Below, one piece after another: positions 1 through 9,340 of a stretch of DNA of 64,000 nucleotides. The DNA is from a bacterium (lineage in GTDB: Bacteria; Patescibacteriota; Saccharimonadia; CAILAD01; GCA-016700035). A program made the translations under genes and the position numbers. Where the stretch lies: the NCBI GenBank assembly GCA_016700035.1, contig CP064998.1, forward strand, positions 398,790 through 462,789. Reading direction: 5' to 3'. The notes under the pieces are model-generated. The model was not told the origin of the DNA, did not search any database, and was given only the letters and a program-made list of their open reading frames with translations. Within the stretch, counting starts at the first letter, position 1, and each line of letters starts with the position of its first letter.

Positions 1-2084
1 AGCAAGTATTGGTTGCGCTCTCGAGATTGACTGTGCTGGACCCTGCTTGTGGATCCGGTGCTTTCCCTATAGGTGTTCTACAGAAAATCGTATATGTACT
101 GCAGCAACTTGATACTGAGGCAAGATACTGGCTGGACAGTCAGCTTTCTAGCGCTACGCCAGAACTCAGAAGACATCTAGAGGAGCAATATACTAATAAA
201 AATTTCGATTATCTCAGAAAATTAGGGGTTATAAGGGAGAGTATATATGGTGTCGACATACAGCCTATTGCGGTTGAAATTGCAAAACTACGCTGCTTCC
301 TGACTCTCATTGTGGAAGAAAAAGTTGACGATGACTTGCCCAACCGAGGTATCGAGCCCTTGCCAAATCTAGATTTTAAATTTGTTTGTGCAAACTCACT
401 CGTTCAACTTCCTGTACACGGCGCGAAGTCTAGTTCAAAGCAACAGCAGCAAATATTTGAAGATACGTCACATATAGATCAGCTTAAAGATATACGAAAC
501 AAGTACTTTGGGGCAACCGCGATGGAGCGACTAGAGCTGCAAAGTAAGTTTAATGCATTGCAGACAGAGATGGCCCTAAAGAACATAGATGAATACAAGG
601 GAGCGGCATCTAGGCTATATAATTCACTTACACGCTGGAAACCCTTTGAGCATAATATGGTTGATTGGTTTGACGCAGAATGGATGTTTGGCATACCCGA
701 TTTTGATATTGTTATTGCCAACCCACCGTATCTTGGAGAAAAAGGCCATAAAGAACTATTTAGAAAGATTCGAGAAGATGGGTTGAAGGATTATTACATG
801 GGAAAAATGGATTTGTTCTATTTCTTCTTCCATCTGGCCATCAATCTTAATCGAGATGGAGGTGTCACCACGTTCATCACCACAAACTATTATCCAACAG
901 CGAGTGGAGCTAAAAAGCTACGTAAAGATATCTTTGAACGTACTCAGATTAGAGAATTAATCAACTTCAACGAACTAAAGATATTTGAGTCAGCTCTTGG
1001 CCAGCACAATATGATAACTGTTCTTGAGAAGTGTAAGGATGACCAGCCTACCTTAATTACAATGGCGCAATCAGGTGGTCTAGCTGGGGCAGATACTCTA
1101 GCGCAGTTGTTAGCTAAGGATTCACCCATAGCAACTTACAGTGCTAATTCAAAGGATGATCTCTTTGACGAAGATGATTATTCGATCAGATTTAGTGGCG
1201 ACGATACAGAAGGGTCTTCTGCTGCTGACTTGGTATTGTCAAAGATAAAAAATAACCAATACGCACTTGAGCACGTCGCATCAATCAATCAGGGGCTCCT
1301 ATCAGGCGCCGACACAGTAACAAAAAAACATAAAGAAAAATTTGACTTGGTAAGTGAGGCTGGAGATGGAATATTTGTCCTAGATGCTACAAGAAGAACC
1401 GACGCTGAAGTGCTTGAAAGTTTCACGCCCAAAGAATTACAATTCGTACATCCATTTTACAAAAACTCAAATATCTATAAGTATTCGTGTGATACCGAAC
1501 CCACTAAGTTTGTGATTTACCTTTCAAGGACAGACGGTATCGATGGTCTCCCGAATATAGCAGCGCATTTGCATAAATTCAAAGCCCTACTGACGAATCG
1601 CCTTACAACGTATAACGAGAGCTACCCATGGTATTCTCTGCACCGAGCTCGTGAACGTTCAATCTTTGAATCTGAAAAGATCATGGTACCCTACCGTTCT
1701 AAAACAAATGTTTTTGGGTACACAAATGAGCCATGGTACTTCCGAACCGATGCCTATTCGGTCATTACGAAAAACAGTGAATACCCACTAAAGTACTTAT
1801 TGGGTATACTTAATTCAAAACTTGCACTATTTTGGTTATATAACAGAGGTAAGCGTAAAGGAGACACTCTTGAACTCTTCTACGATCCACTGTCAAAAAT
1901 TCCAATAGCCAGCTGCTCTGAAGATCAGCAGAAAATGATAATAGCATTAGTTGATGAAATAATTGTGGAAAGATCAAAAGATTCAAGAGCAGATACGCAT
2001 GATACCGAGCAACGCGTTGACCAATTAATTTATGAGATATACGGTCTTACTGACGAAGAGATATCCATAGTCGAGAGCTCGTGA
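1..2084 (+). CDS. Eco57I/MmeI-family N6-adenine DNA methyltransferase (type IIG/IIL restriction-modification or PglX-like), 5' partial at window edge
   Basis: Frame is open to position 1 (TTG at 9 is not a real start). SAM-binding motif I 'VLDPACGSGAF' near the N-terminus. Catalytic motif IV 'NPPY' (IANPPYLGEKG). Long C-terminal target-recognition-like region. Confidence 0.8.
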   Translation, partial: QVLVALSRLTVLDPACGSGAFPIGVLQKIVYVLQQLDTEARYWLDSQLSSATPELRRHLEEQYTNKNFDYLRKLGVIRESIYGVDIQPIAVEIAKLRCFLTLIVEEKVDDDLPNRGIEPLPNLDFKFVCANSLVQLPVHGAKSSSKQQQQIFEDTSHIDQLKDIRNKYFGATAMERLELQSKFNALQTEMALKNIDEYKGAASRLYNSLTRWKPFEHNMVDWFDAEWMFGIPDFDIVIANPPYLGEKGHKELFRKIREDGLKDYYMGKMDLFYFFFHLAINLNRDGGVTTFITTNYYPTASGAKKLRKDIFERTQIRELINFNELKIFESALGQHNMITVLEKCKDDQPTLITMAQSGGLAGADTLAQLLAKDSPIATYSANSKDDLFDEDDYSIRFSGDDTEGSSAADLVLSKIKNNQYALEHVASINQGLLSGADTVTKKHKEKFDLVSEAGDGIFVLDATRRTDAEVLESFTPKELQFVHPFYKNSNIYKYSCDTEPTKFVIYLSRTDGIDGLPNIAAHLHKFKALLTNRLTTYNESYPWYSLHRARERSIFESEKIMVPYRSKTNVFGYTNEPWYFRTDAYSVITKNSEYPLKYLLGILNSKLALFWLYNRGKRKGDTLELFYDPLSKIPIASCSEDQQKMIIALVDEIIVERSKDSRADTHDTEQRVDQLIYEIYGLTDEEISIVESS

Positions 2085-2165
2085 TGAATACGATGACCTA
2101 TAGGAAAAGTTGCACCAATGCAAATTCCATACTTTTGAATTCAGACGCTGTTTTAAAGAGTGATA

Positions 2166-3137
2166 ATGCAAAGACTTTCTAGGCAATGTAAGTCCCTCTT
2201 GGAAAAGTCGCAAGACTCTGCACTACAAGCTGTGTCTACTTATAACGATCCGCGAAGCATCTTTAGGGCGGGTAACTTTACTGTTTTGATGACTATAGCC
2301 TGGACCTCTCTAATGCATGCATACTTCGAAAAACATAAGATAAATTACTACTACAAAAAAAGTAACGGTCGATATGAATACATTGATGGCGACAAAGCAA
2401 CATGGGACCTTCAGCAGTCTCTCAAAAAGGTTTTCGAAGAGAATGATCCTGTTAGGAAGAATGTTGAATTATTCATAAAGTTGAGGAATAAGGTTGAGCA
2501 CAGAAACCTACCGTCACTTGACCAGTTTGTTTTGGGCGAATGCCAAGCATTAGTACTAAATTACGAGACTTGGCTAGTTAACGAATTTGGAAAAGGATCA
2601 TCAATTATCGATACTATGTTTGTGCCTATCCAGCTTTCTAGCAGTAGAAGAACTTTACCTAAGTCGAAACTCGAGCGGGATGTGATTAGTTTTGTTAAAG
2701 ATTACCGAAATCTACTAAGCGTAGATGTTGTTAATTCGCAAAAGTATGAGTTCAAGGCATTCTTTGTGCCTAAGATTGGGAACCATCGTAATTCGTCTGA
2801 TCTAGCGATCGAGTTTGTCAGATACGACGAGACCAATAAAGAAGAGATGGAAAAATACGACAAGGCCATCATTGCAATTAAAGAAAAAGGTGTCCCGGTC
2901 GCCAATGCTGATAGATATAAGCCCACAAAAGTTCTCGAAAAAATTAATGAGCTTAGTAAAAAGAAAAAGAATATGGCATGGCACACATCAATGTGGCAGA
3001 AATATAAAGTCAGGCCAAATGGTAGCGCTTCAAACAAGATTGGCTGCAAGACAGAGTATTGTGTCTATGACTCCCCGCATAGTGACTATGTGTATACGCA
3101 AAAATGGATCGATTTGTTACTGGAAAAGGAGGTTTGA
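2166..3137 (+). CDS. Hypothetical protein with an Rx4H (HEPN-like) motif 'LRNKVEHRN'; possible abortive-infection/RNase-type defence protein
   Basis: ORF with ATG at 2166 and AAGAG 6 nt upstream. Its TGA overlaps the ATG of the next gene (TGATG at 3135-3139). The motif assignment is inference only. Confidence 0.45.
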   Translation: MQRLSRQCKSLLEKSQDSALQAVSTYNDPRSIFRAGNFTVLMTIAWTSLMHAYFEKHKINYYYKKSNGRYEYIDGDKATWDLQQSLKKVFEENDPVRKNVELFIKLRNKVEHRNLPSLDQFVLGECQALVLNYETWLVNEFGKGSSIIDTMFVPIQLSSSRRTLPKSKLERDVISFVKDYRNLLSVDVVNSQKYEFKAFFVPKIGNHRNSSDLAIEFVRYDETNKEEMEKYDKAIIAIKEKGVPVANADRYKPTKVLEKINELSKKKKNMAWHTSMWQKYKVRPNGSASNKIGCKTEYCVYDSPHSDYVYTQKWIDLLLEKEV

Positions 3138-4606
3138 TGAATATATCTAAATCTGACTACCTAAAATACCTCATCTGCCCTAGCTATCTTTGGCTATGGA
3201 AGAACAAACCCGAGGTTGTGCCAACTGATGAAGATGAAGCTATCAAACAGCGCCTTGAGCAAGGTAACGAGATTGAGCGCTACGCTCGACTTCTGTTCCC
3301 CGAAGCTGAGCTCGTTATCTCGCATGGAGCAACCGCTAAGGTCGATACTGAAAAACTTGTAGCTAGCGGCGCCGAAACTATCTTCCAGGCTACGGTTATT
3401 ACAAACGAAGGCTTGCTTGCCATGGCCGACATCATCACTCGAGAAGATACTTCAGATACCTGGACGCTATACGAAGTTAAATCAACCAACTCTATCAAAA
3501 AAGAGCATATTCTCGACCTTTCTTTTCAGCGCGTTGCCTTTGAAGACGCCGGCTACACTATTGGTAAAGTTAAGATCATCTATCTCAATAAGGACTACAA
3601 GCGTCGTGCCACTGTTGTCCCCGATGATCTGTTGATGGAGTCAGATGTTACAAAAGAGGTCGCCGAACTGGTTGAAACCGTCCGCGCTCAGACCCGTGAC
3701 GCTCTGGAATATCTTAAGAAAACCGACGAACCGAACGGCTGTAGTTGCCGGCTCAATTCAAGATCTAAACATTGCCCAACATTCCACTACCTTAACCCAG
3801 ACATCCCAGAATATTCGGTATTTAATATCAGCAGAATAAACGGCAAGAAGCTGGCACTGCTTATAGATAATGACATTGTTAATGTTCACGACGTGCCGGA
3901 AGACATAAAGCTATCACTAATCCAACAGAATCAGGTTGATGCTGAGAAAACTAAGCAGCCAAAGATAGACAAAGCCGCTATCGCAGAGGTATTGAGCGAA
4001 CTTGAATACCCATTGTACTTTCTCGACTATGAGACGGTATCTACCGCACTCCCCCTATACGAAAACTGTAAGCCCTATCAACAGATACCATTTCAGTATT
4101 CACTGCATGTTTTAAAGGAGCCTGGCGCTACCTTGGAGCATTATGAGTACCTTTCTCATGACTCAACCACTTTGCCAGCGCACGAGCTCTTAAGTAACCT
4201 TAAGCAGCAAATTGGACCGAGCGGCAGCGTCATCACCTGGAATAAGTCGTTTGAAATGGGTAGAAATCGTGAAATGGCCGAGCAATATCCTGAATTTGCT
4301 GGTCTCATGAACAGTATCAATGACAGAGTCTTTGATTTGATGGAGATATTCAGTAAACAGCACTTTGTTCATCATAAGTTCAAGGGCAGTAGCTCGATTA
4401 AGAAAGTGCTTCCCGTGCTGGTTGATGGGTTTAGCTATGACGATATGGATATATCCAATGGCCAAGCAGCGGCGCTACGCTGGTACGAGGCAGTGACGTC
4501 GGATGATACTGAGCTAGCCAGCAAGACGTATGAGTCACTCCTTGAATATTGTAAGCTAGATACACTTGCTATGGTTGAGATATATAAAACTCTCAAAAAT
4601 GTTTGA
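3137..4606 (+). CDS. DUF2779-like protein with an N-terminal Cas4/RecB-type PD-(D/E)xK nuclease signature and a Cys cluster
   Basis: GGAGG RBS before ATG 3137. N-terminus 'ISKSDYLKYLICPSYLWLWK' resembles DUF2779 starts. 'DIITRED...YEVKS' fits a D...ExK nuclease motif. Cys at 'ICPS' plus 'GCSCRLNSRSKHC' resembles the Cas4/AddB 4-Cys arrangement. Confidence 0.55.
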   Translation: MNISKSDYLKYLICPSYLWLWKNKPEVVPTDEDEAIKQRLEQGNEIERYARLLFPEAELVISHGATAKVDTEKLVASGAETIFQATVITNEGLLAMADIITREDTSDTWTLYEVKSTNSIKKEHILDLSFQRVAFEDAGYTIGKVKIIYLNKDYKRRATVVPDDLLMESDVTKEVAELVETVRAQTRDALEYLKKTDEPNGCSCRLNSRSKHCPTFHYLNPDIPEYSVFNISRINGKKLALLIDNDIVNVHDVPEDIKLSLIQQNQVDAEKTKQPKIDKAAIAEVLSELEYPLYFLDYETVSTALPLYENCKPYQQIPFQYSLHVLKEPGATLEHYEYLSHDSTTLPAHELLSNLKQQIGPSGSVITWNKSFEMGRNREMAEQYPEFAGLMNSINDRVFDLMEIFSKQHFVHHKFKGSSSIKKVLPVLVDGFSYDDMDISNGQAAALRWYEAVTSDDTELASKTYESLLEYCKLDTLAMVEIYKTLKNV

Positions 4607-4744
4607 CAGCACATCACACTTATGGTAATATCTAAGTTAGTATTTAATTCAGGAGAACATATAGATGATAAGAATCGCACGAGCAAAGTAGTCGCACAAG
4701 CGTCTTTTTTCGTATGATTCTTTCCTATTAGTTTAACTTCTTGT

Positions 4745-4798
4745 AAAAAAGCCGAGCACTTGCGTGACTACTCACCTGAATGCTCGGCTTTTTGTTTT
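4745..4798 (+). terminator. Rho-independent terminator hairpin (gccgagca...tgctcggc followed by a T-tract)
   Basis: Perfect 8-bp GC-rich stem at 4752-4759/4781-4788 followed by 'tttttgtttt'. Confidence 0.6.
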
Positions 4799-4808
4799 GG
4801 AGAAAACT

Positions 4809-6299
4809 ATGTTTAATCTATATAAAATTGCAAAATCATATAAAGATAACCCCGTTCTTAAAGATGTTACCCTGTCGGTTAAATCCGGTGAGGTAATTGC
4901 TCTTATTGGTGCCAATGGTGCTGGTAAGACCACGCTACTTAAGATTTTACTCGGCGAAGTTAAGTCGGATGAAGGACAGATTACAAATCATCATGATGTG
5001 ATCGGTTATATTCCGCAGGAGATGGACAATCTTACCAGTACTATCGAGGAAAGCTTCGGTTCTGTAGAGCCCTGGCGTATTGACTATGCCCTAAATCTGG
5101 TGGGCTTAGAGACTATATCTAAAGATGGATTTCTGGGTAACATGAGTGGTGGTCAAAAAACACGAGTTGCTGTTGCTCAGGTATTGGCTCAAGATCCAGA
5201 ACCAACAGTACTGCTACTAGATGAACCCACCAATAACCTTGACACCGAAGGACTTGATTGGCTTGAGGACTTTGTTAAACGCTTCAAAGGAGCGATTCTC
5301 TTCGTAAGCCACGACCGTCGCTTCATTAACGCTGTGGCAACAAAAGTTGTTGAACTCAAGGATGGGGTGACAAGACAATACGGTGGCAACTATGATTTTT
5401 ACAAAGAACAGAAAGATATTGAGCTTCAGGCTGCACTTGAGAAGTATGAAAAACAGCAAGAAGAAAAGAAGCGACTCAAGAAAGCGATGGTCGCGCAGAA
5501 AGAAGCTACCAAACATGTTCATGAGCACATTAAGCGTGCGGATAATGACAAGTACCAGCGTGACTTCTTTCGAAATAGAGTTTCGGTGAAACTAGGTCAG
5601 AAAGCCAAGAATATAGAAACAAGGCTGGATAAACTCGAAGAAGTCGAACGTCCTGAGTTCAGCGTGGGCTACAGGTTTAGTCTCGGTGGCTCAGTGCATA
5701 ACAGTAAGTTGCTTGTCGAGGTCGAAAATGTATCAAAGTCGTACGAAGACAACACGATTCTAAAGGACAATAATTTCGAGATTAGAGGAAATTCGCACAT
5801 ACACCTCAAAGGTCTAAACGGCTCAGGTAAATCTACTCTACTAAGGCTTATCGCTAAGCAACTTGAGCCCAGTTCTGGGGACATAACTTACGGTAGTGAT
5901 GTGACTGTCGGTTACTTCTCGCAGGATACTGAAGGTTTAGACTACGCAAAATCGGCGATAGATAACCTGAGTACATATGAGACAAATCAGGAAGCAGTGT
6001 ATAGACGGGCCCGAAGCCTAGGAATTGACGCAGAAAGTCTTCAGAAAATGCCAGCCGAGCTGTCTCGTGGGCAACAGTCAAAGCTGGCATTTGCAAAGTT
6101 GCTACTAGCTAACCATGATCTCCTAATATTGGATGAACCAACAAACCACCTTGATATCGCTACGAAAGAGCAGCTTGAAAATGCCTTGCAAAACTATGCC
6201 GGAGCAATACTGGTTGCCTCGCACGATGTATACTTCTTACAACAGCTACAAATAGACAAAACACTTAACCTAGTAGACGGAAAGGTAATAGAATCATGA
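4809..6299 (+). CDS. ABC-F family ATPase (two tandem ABC domains, no transmembrane domain; ribosome-associated or antibiotic-resistance-type)
   Basis: Two Walker A motifs ('GANGAGKTT', 'GLNGSGKST'). Two ABC signature/Walker B regions ('LSGGQKTR...LLLDEPTN', 'LSRGQQSK...LILDEPTN'). A charged KE-rich interdomain linker. GGAGAAAACT RBS before ATG 4809. Confidence 0.85.
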   Translation: MFNLYKIAKSYKDNPVLKDVTLSVKSGEVIALIGANGAGKTTLLKILLGEVKSDEGQITNHHDVIGYIPQEMDNLTSTIEESFGSVEPWRIDYALNLVGLETISKDGFLGNMSGGQKTRVAVAQVLAQDPEPTVLLLDEPTNNLDTEGLDWLEDFVKRFKGAILFVSHDRRFINAVATKVVELKDGVTRQYGGNYDFYKEQKDIELQAALEKYEKQQEEKKRLKKAMVAQKEATKHVHEHIKRADNDKYQRDFFRNRVSVKLGQKAKNIETRLDKLEEVERPEFSVGYRFSLGGSVHNSKLLVEVENVSKSYEDNTILKDNNFEIRGNSHIHLKGLNGSGKSTLLRLIAKQLEPSSGDITYGSDVTVGYFSQDTEGLDYAKSAIDNLSTYETNQEAVYRRARSLGIDAESLQKMPAELSRGQQSKLAFAKLLLANHDLLILDEPTNHLDIATKEQLENALQNYAGAILVASHDVYFLQQLQIDKTLNLVDGKVIES

Positions 6300-7234
6300 A
6301 ACACTACATTATTAACCTGGATGAAGCAAGAAGCTTCCTAGACAACCATCTCAAGTCAAAGACTAAAGATGTTGAGCTGCTAACTGGTGGTGACTGGTCT
6401 GCAGCCTACGCCTATCTGCATGACGGTAAAGAATATGTTATTCGATTTGCTGCCAGCAAAGAAGATTTCGAGAAAGACCAGAAAATTAGTAGCTACGCTA
6501 CACCCACGCTTCGTGTACCAAAGCTAGTTGAGATTGGAAAAGCGCTTCGAGGATATTTTGCGATTTCTGAGCGTAATCACGGAATATTTCTAGATGATCT
6601 AGATGGCGAACAGATGAAAAATACACTACCAAGTCTACTCGCGACTCTAGATGAAATTCGTACAATAGACCTCTCGGATACGAGTGGCTATGGCTCTTGG
6701 GAAGCCAAAGGATCAGCTAGCTATGCAACTTGGCAAGAATACTTGTTAGGTGGTTTTGAAGATAAACCAACCAATCGAGTAAGTGGATGGCGGAAGAAAT
6801 TAGAGTCATCACCAACGGGAGCGGAGTCTTTTGACAGCGTTAAGCTAGTGTTTGAGAAGCTACTTTGTGACTTGCCAGCTGATCGCTACCTTATTCACGG
6901 CGATCTTCTATATCGCAACGTTCTCGTACAAAATGACAGGATTGATGTGGTAATTGATTGGGGCAACTCTATGTACGGTGATTTTCTCTACGATATAGCA
7001 TGGTTGATCTACTGGTGGCCATGGTATCCAGAGTGGAAAGACATCGACATCATGCACGAGGTATTAGAACACTACAAAAAGATTGGGCTAAACATTCCGA
7101 ATATAGAGAATCGACTGTTATGTTATCAAGTCCATATTGGACTAGATGCACAGAAGTATGCTGCCTTCACTGAGCGTTGGGACATATTGGCGCAAAACAC
7201 TTCGCAGACTCTTGATCTTATCGACAAGATATAA
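6296..7234 (+). CDS. Aminoglycoside/macrolide phosphotransferase (APH) family kinase
   Basis: Catalytic loop 'HGDLLYRNVLV' (HGDxxxxN). Mg-binding 'VIDWGNSMYGDFLYD'. Its ATG overlaps the ABC-F stop (ATGA). Confidence 0.75.
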   Translation: MKHYIINLDEARSFLDNHLKSKTKDVELLTGGDWSAAYAYLHDGKEYVIRFAASKEDFEKDQKISSYATPTLRVPKLVEIGKALRGYFAISERNHGIFLDDLDGEQMKNTLPSLLATLDEIRTIDLSDTSGYGSWEAKGSASYATWQEYLLGGFEDKPTNRVSGWRKKLESSPTGAESFDSVKLVFEKLLCDLPADRYLIHGDLLYRNVLVQNDRIDVVIDWGNSMYGDFLYDIAWLIYWWPWYPEWKDIDIMHEVLEHYKKIGLNIPNIENRLLCYQVHIGLDAQKYAAFTERWDILAQNTSQTLDLIDKI

Positions 7235-7252
7235 AAGTGCTAAGATTGAGCT

Positions 7253-7669
7253 ATGAAAATATCAGATATATCTAATGCAGACTTTACCGCGGATACAGAA
7301 CCACGCGACGATTACCTGATAGAGCTTTTGAAACAAGCCTACACTGGTAAAATAACTTGCCGAATGGCTTTAGCAGATATGAGCGCTATAAAACCGTTCT
7401 CAGACTACAAGCCAACAGTTCACGAAGACTACCGCAAGTACTTCACTATTAAGGCTAGGGACGACGTTCCGCCAGGTCTACAGGTCTATGTAAAAGACGG
7501 AAAGCTTATCATGAGTGACGACTTTAACGCCTTTGCCATGTATAACGAACTTGGATTCGAGCGGGCTGTCTGTATTGTCTTAGGTGATACACCTGAGATT
7601 GATGGCGTTGAGTACCATGGCGATCCGTTTATAATGCCTCCTCCAACAGTAGAAGAGCTACCTGCATAG
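7253..7669 (+). CDS. Hypothetical protein; paralog of the interrupted gene at 8705-9124
   Basis: Clear amino-acid similarity to the 8705-9124 ORFs (e.g. 'ISDISNADFTADTEPRDDYLIELLKQAYTGKI' against 'ISDIQNAGFSDDTEPKDNRLIDLLKLAYTKKI'). Confidence 0.5.
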   Translation: MKISDISNADFTADTEPRDDYLIELLKQAYTGKITCRMALADMSAIKPFSDYKPTVHEDYRKYFTIKARDDVPPGLQVYVKDGKLIMSDDFNAFAMYNELGFERAVCIVLGDTPEIDGVEYHGDPFIMPPPTVEELPA

Positions 7670-7757
7670 AATATGCTACTATTGAAATGAATAGCTTGTG
7701 CGCCTTGCGAGAGGGCATGAGCTATTTTTGTAGTGATATAATACAGATAAGAAACCT

Positions 7758-7958
7758 ATGAGTAATAAATCAGCAGCAAAACTAGTTAAAGATGCTCGAA
7801 TCTCTAAAGGCCTGACTCAAACTGAGCTTGCCGAGAAAACCAGCGTGCATTCAAATACCATCGCCAAGATTGAACAGGGCATCCAGCAGCCTTCCTACCC
7901 GACTATCAAGAAGCTATCTAAAGTACTCGATATAGACATCAACGACTTTCCAGAGTAG
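7758..7958 (+). CDS. XRE-family helix-turn-helix transcriptional regulator
   Basis: HTH_3 signature 'LTQTELAEKTSVHSNTIAKIEQG'. 66 aa. Confidence 0.75.
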   Translation: MSNKSAAKLVKDARISKGLTQTELAEKTSVHSNTIAKIEQGIQQPSYPTIKKLSKVLDIDINDFPE

Positions 7959-8415
7959 CTAGCTTATCAAGCTTGGTAAAATGTAGCATCTGAAGAGCAA
8001 GGCTATCGGAGAACGTTCGGCGCATAATCTCGCAACTATCGCCCTGAGATAGAATGTTTAAGCTACCTTCCCAAAGTATTTCTTCGTCAATTATGGCCAG
8101 TTTACGATGATGTTTGACGGTGTAGAGTACTTTTATGCCAATATCCTGCATTGACGCTACGGCATTCTCTGCTTGGATAGCATATTCTTCGTTATGCTCC
8201 TCTGGGCTCCTTGTATTCACTACTATCCTTACACCCTTACGGCGCAACTTTTTCAGTATCGGCAACAGGTGCTCCATCCTCCTCCTGGTTATGAAGGGGC
8301 TTTCTATGATTACAGATTGCTTTGCATGTTTTAAGTCGCGCTCAAATGCTTTATAGAAGGTGTTGTTATCAAAGAGGGATGAGTTATTCATCATCAGCCT
8401 CCTTGGTTTCCTCAT
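7939..8415 (-). CDS. Phospholipase D-like (HKD) domain nuclease, Nuc/BfiI-like
   Basis: HKD motif 'HHRKLAIIDEEILWEGSLN' (HxKx4D...GSxN). Small single-HKD protein, convergent with the XRE gene. Confidence 0.7.
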   Translation of the reverse strand: MRKPRRLMMNNSSLFDNNTFYKAFERDLKHAKQSVIIESPFITRRRMEHLLPILKKLRRKGVRIVVNTRSPEEHNEEYAIQAENAVASMQDIGIKVLYTVKHHRKLAIIDEEILWEGSLNILSQGDSCEIMRRTFSDSLALQMLHFTKLDKLATLESR

Positions 8416-8704
8416 CGAGTAGTTCTCGAATCTCTTCTACATCGACAATTTGGTCATCATCCTGGATCGAAAAAGTTCTATTAAGGAACCTTCGCCCCAG
8501 CCAAAACTTGCACCAAACATGATCTGAATGGTTCACATCTTGCCCAAGAAGGTACGAACGAATTGTTAGTCTAAAATTCTGGTTGAAAGGCTGGTTTTTT
8601 TAGTTTGAATCCTTGTTGGTGCCCTAATCTGTTCAAACCTGGGACTAGAACCATGAAGAATGTATAATGAGGCCATGGATGACAACTCAAAGCAAGACCA
8701 AAAG

Positions 8705-9124
8705 ATGGTAAACATTTCTGATATTCAGAACGCTGGGTTTTCTGACGATACAGAGCCAAAGGATAACCGCCTCATAGATCTACTCAAGCTTGCTTATACA
8801 AAGAAGATTTACTGCCGTACTGTAATTGTAGCTATCGATAACGTCGTTCCGTTTTCTGATTATGTACCGAGTATAAGTGAAGATTAAGTTAAATACTTCA
8901 AAGACAAGTATCAAGCTGGTAGACCACCTGGAATGCTAGTGCATCAACGGGATGACGGCAAGTTCGTCATGTGCGATGATTACAATTCGTATTTTATGTA
9001 CAAGCAAGTAGGTGCTGATAATGTGACTTGCCAAGTGCTTGATGCCGAAAAAGCGCCCGAAAACGTCATTGAAGCAAGTGATCCATATTATATGGAGTTG
9101 CCTAGTGTGGAGCAGATTAACTGA
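8705..9124 (+). pseudogene. Paralog of 7253-7669 interrupted by an in-frame TAA at 8885-8887
   Basis: The ORFs 8660-8887 and 8933-9124 are in the same frame. The codon aligned to Tyr in the paralog ('HEDYRKYF') is TAA here ('SED*VKYF'). Probable start is 'MVNISDIQ' at 8705. Confidence 0.55.
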
Positions 9125-9340
9125 CTCTTTAAGAAAAAGAGTGGTTATAATTATCTACTAAATTTACTTGGTAACTATAACCTTGTGGAAATATTAGAGA
9201 GTGAGATAGCTTTACAATTCTTATTCCTTGTTGGTAAAGGCGCGAATGGCAATTACATTTTCAATCATTGCGTTTAATCTATTCCTTTAAATATTAACCT
9301 ACAGTATACCGCACTTGCACATTACATTTACCCCTCCCCA

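Noticed and set aside
3280-4686. Minus-strand ORFs 3280-3498, 4190-4465 and 4435-4686, plus small plus-strand ORFs 3417-3635 and 3645-3839.
   Set aside because: They are embedded in or overlap the well-supported DUF2779 gene on other frames. No signals.
5189-6096. Several 60-100-aa ORFs on both strands inside the ABC-F gene.
   Set aside because: The ABC-F frame is clearly the coding frame, with Walker and signature motifs and codon periodicity. The others are shadow ORFs.
8885-8887. Possibility that the in-frame TAA indicates stop-codon reassignment (alternative genetic code).
   Set aside because: TAA, TGA and TAG all terminate well-supported genes throughout the window, for example gltX, nrdA and the ABC genes. 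A global recoding is therefore unsupported. It is treated as a local nonsense mutation or sequencing error.
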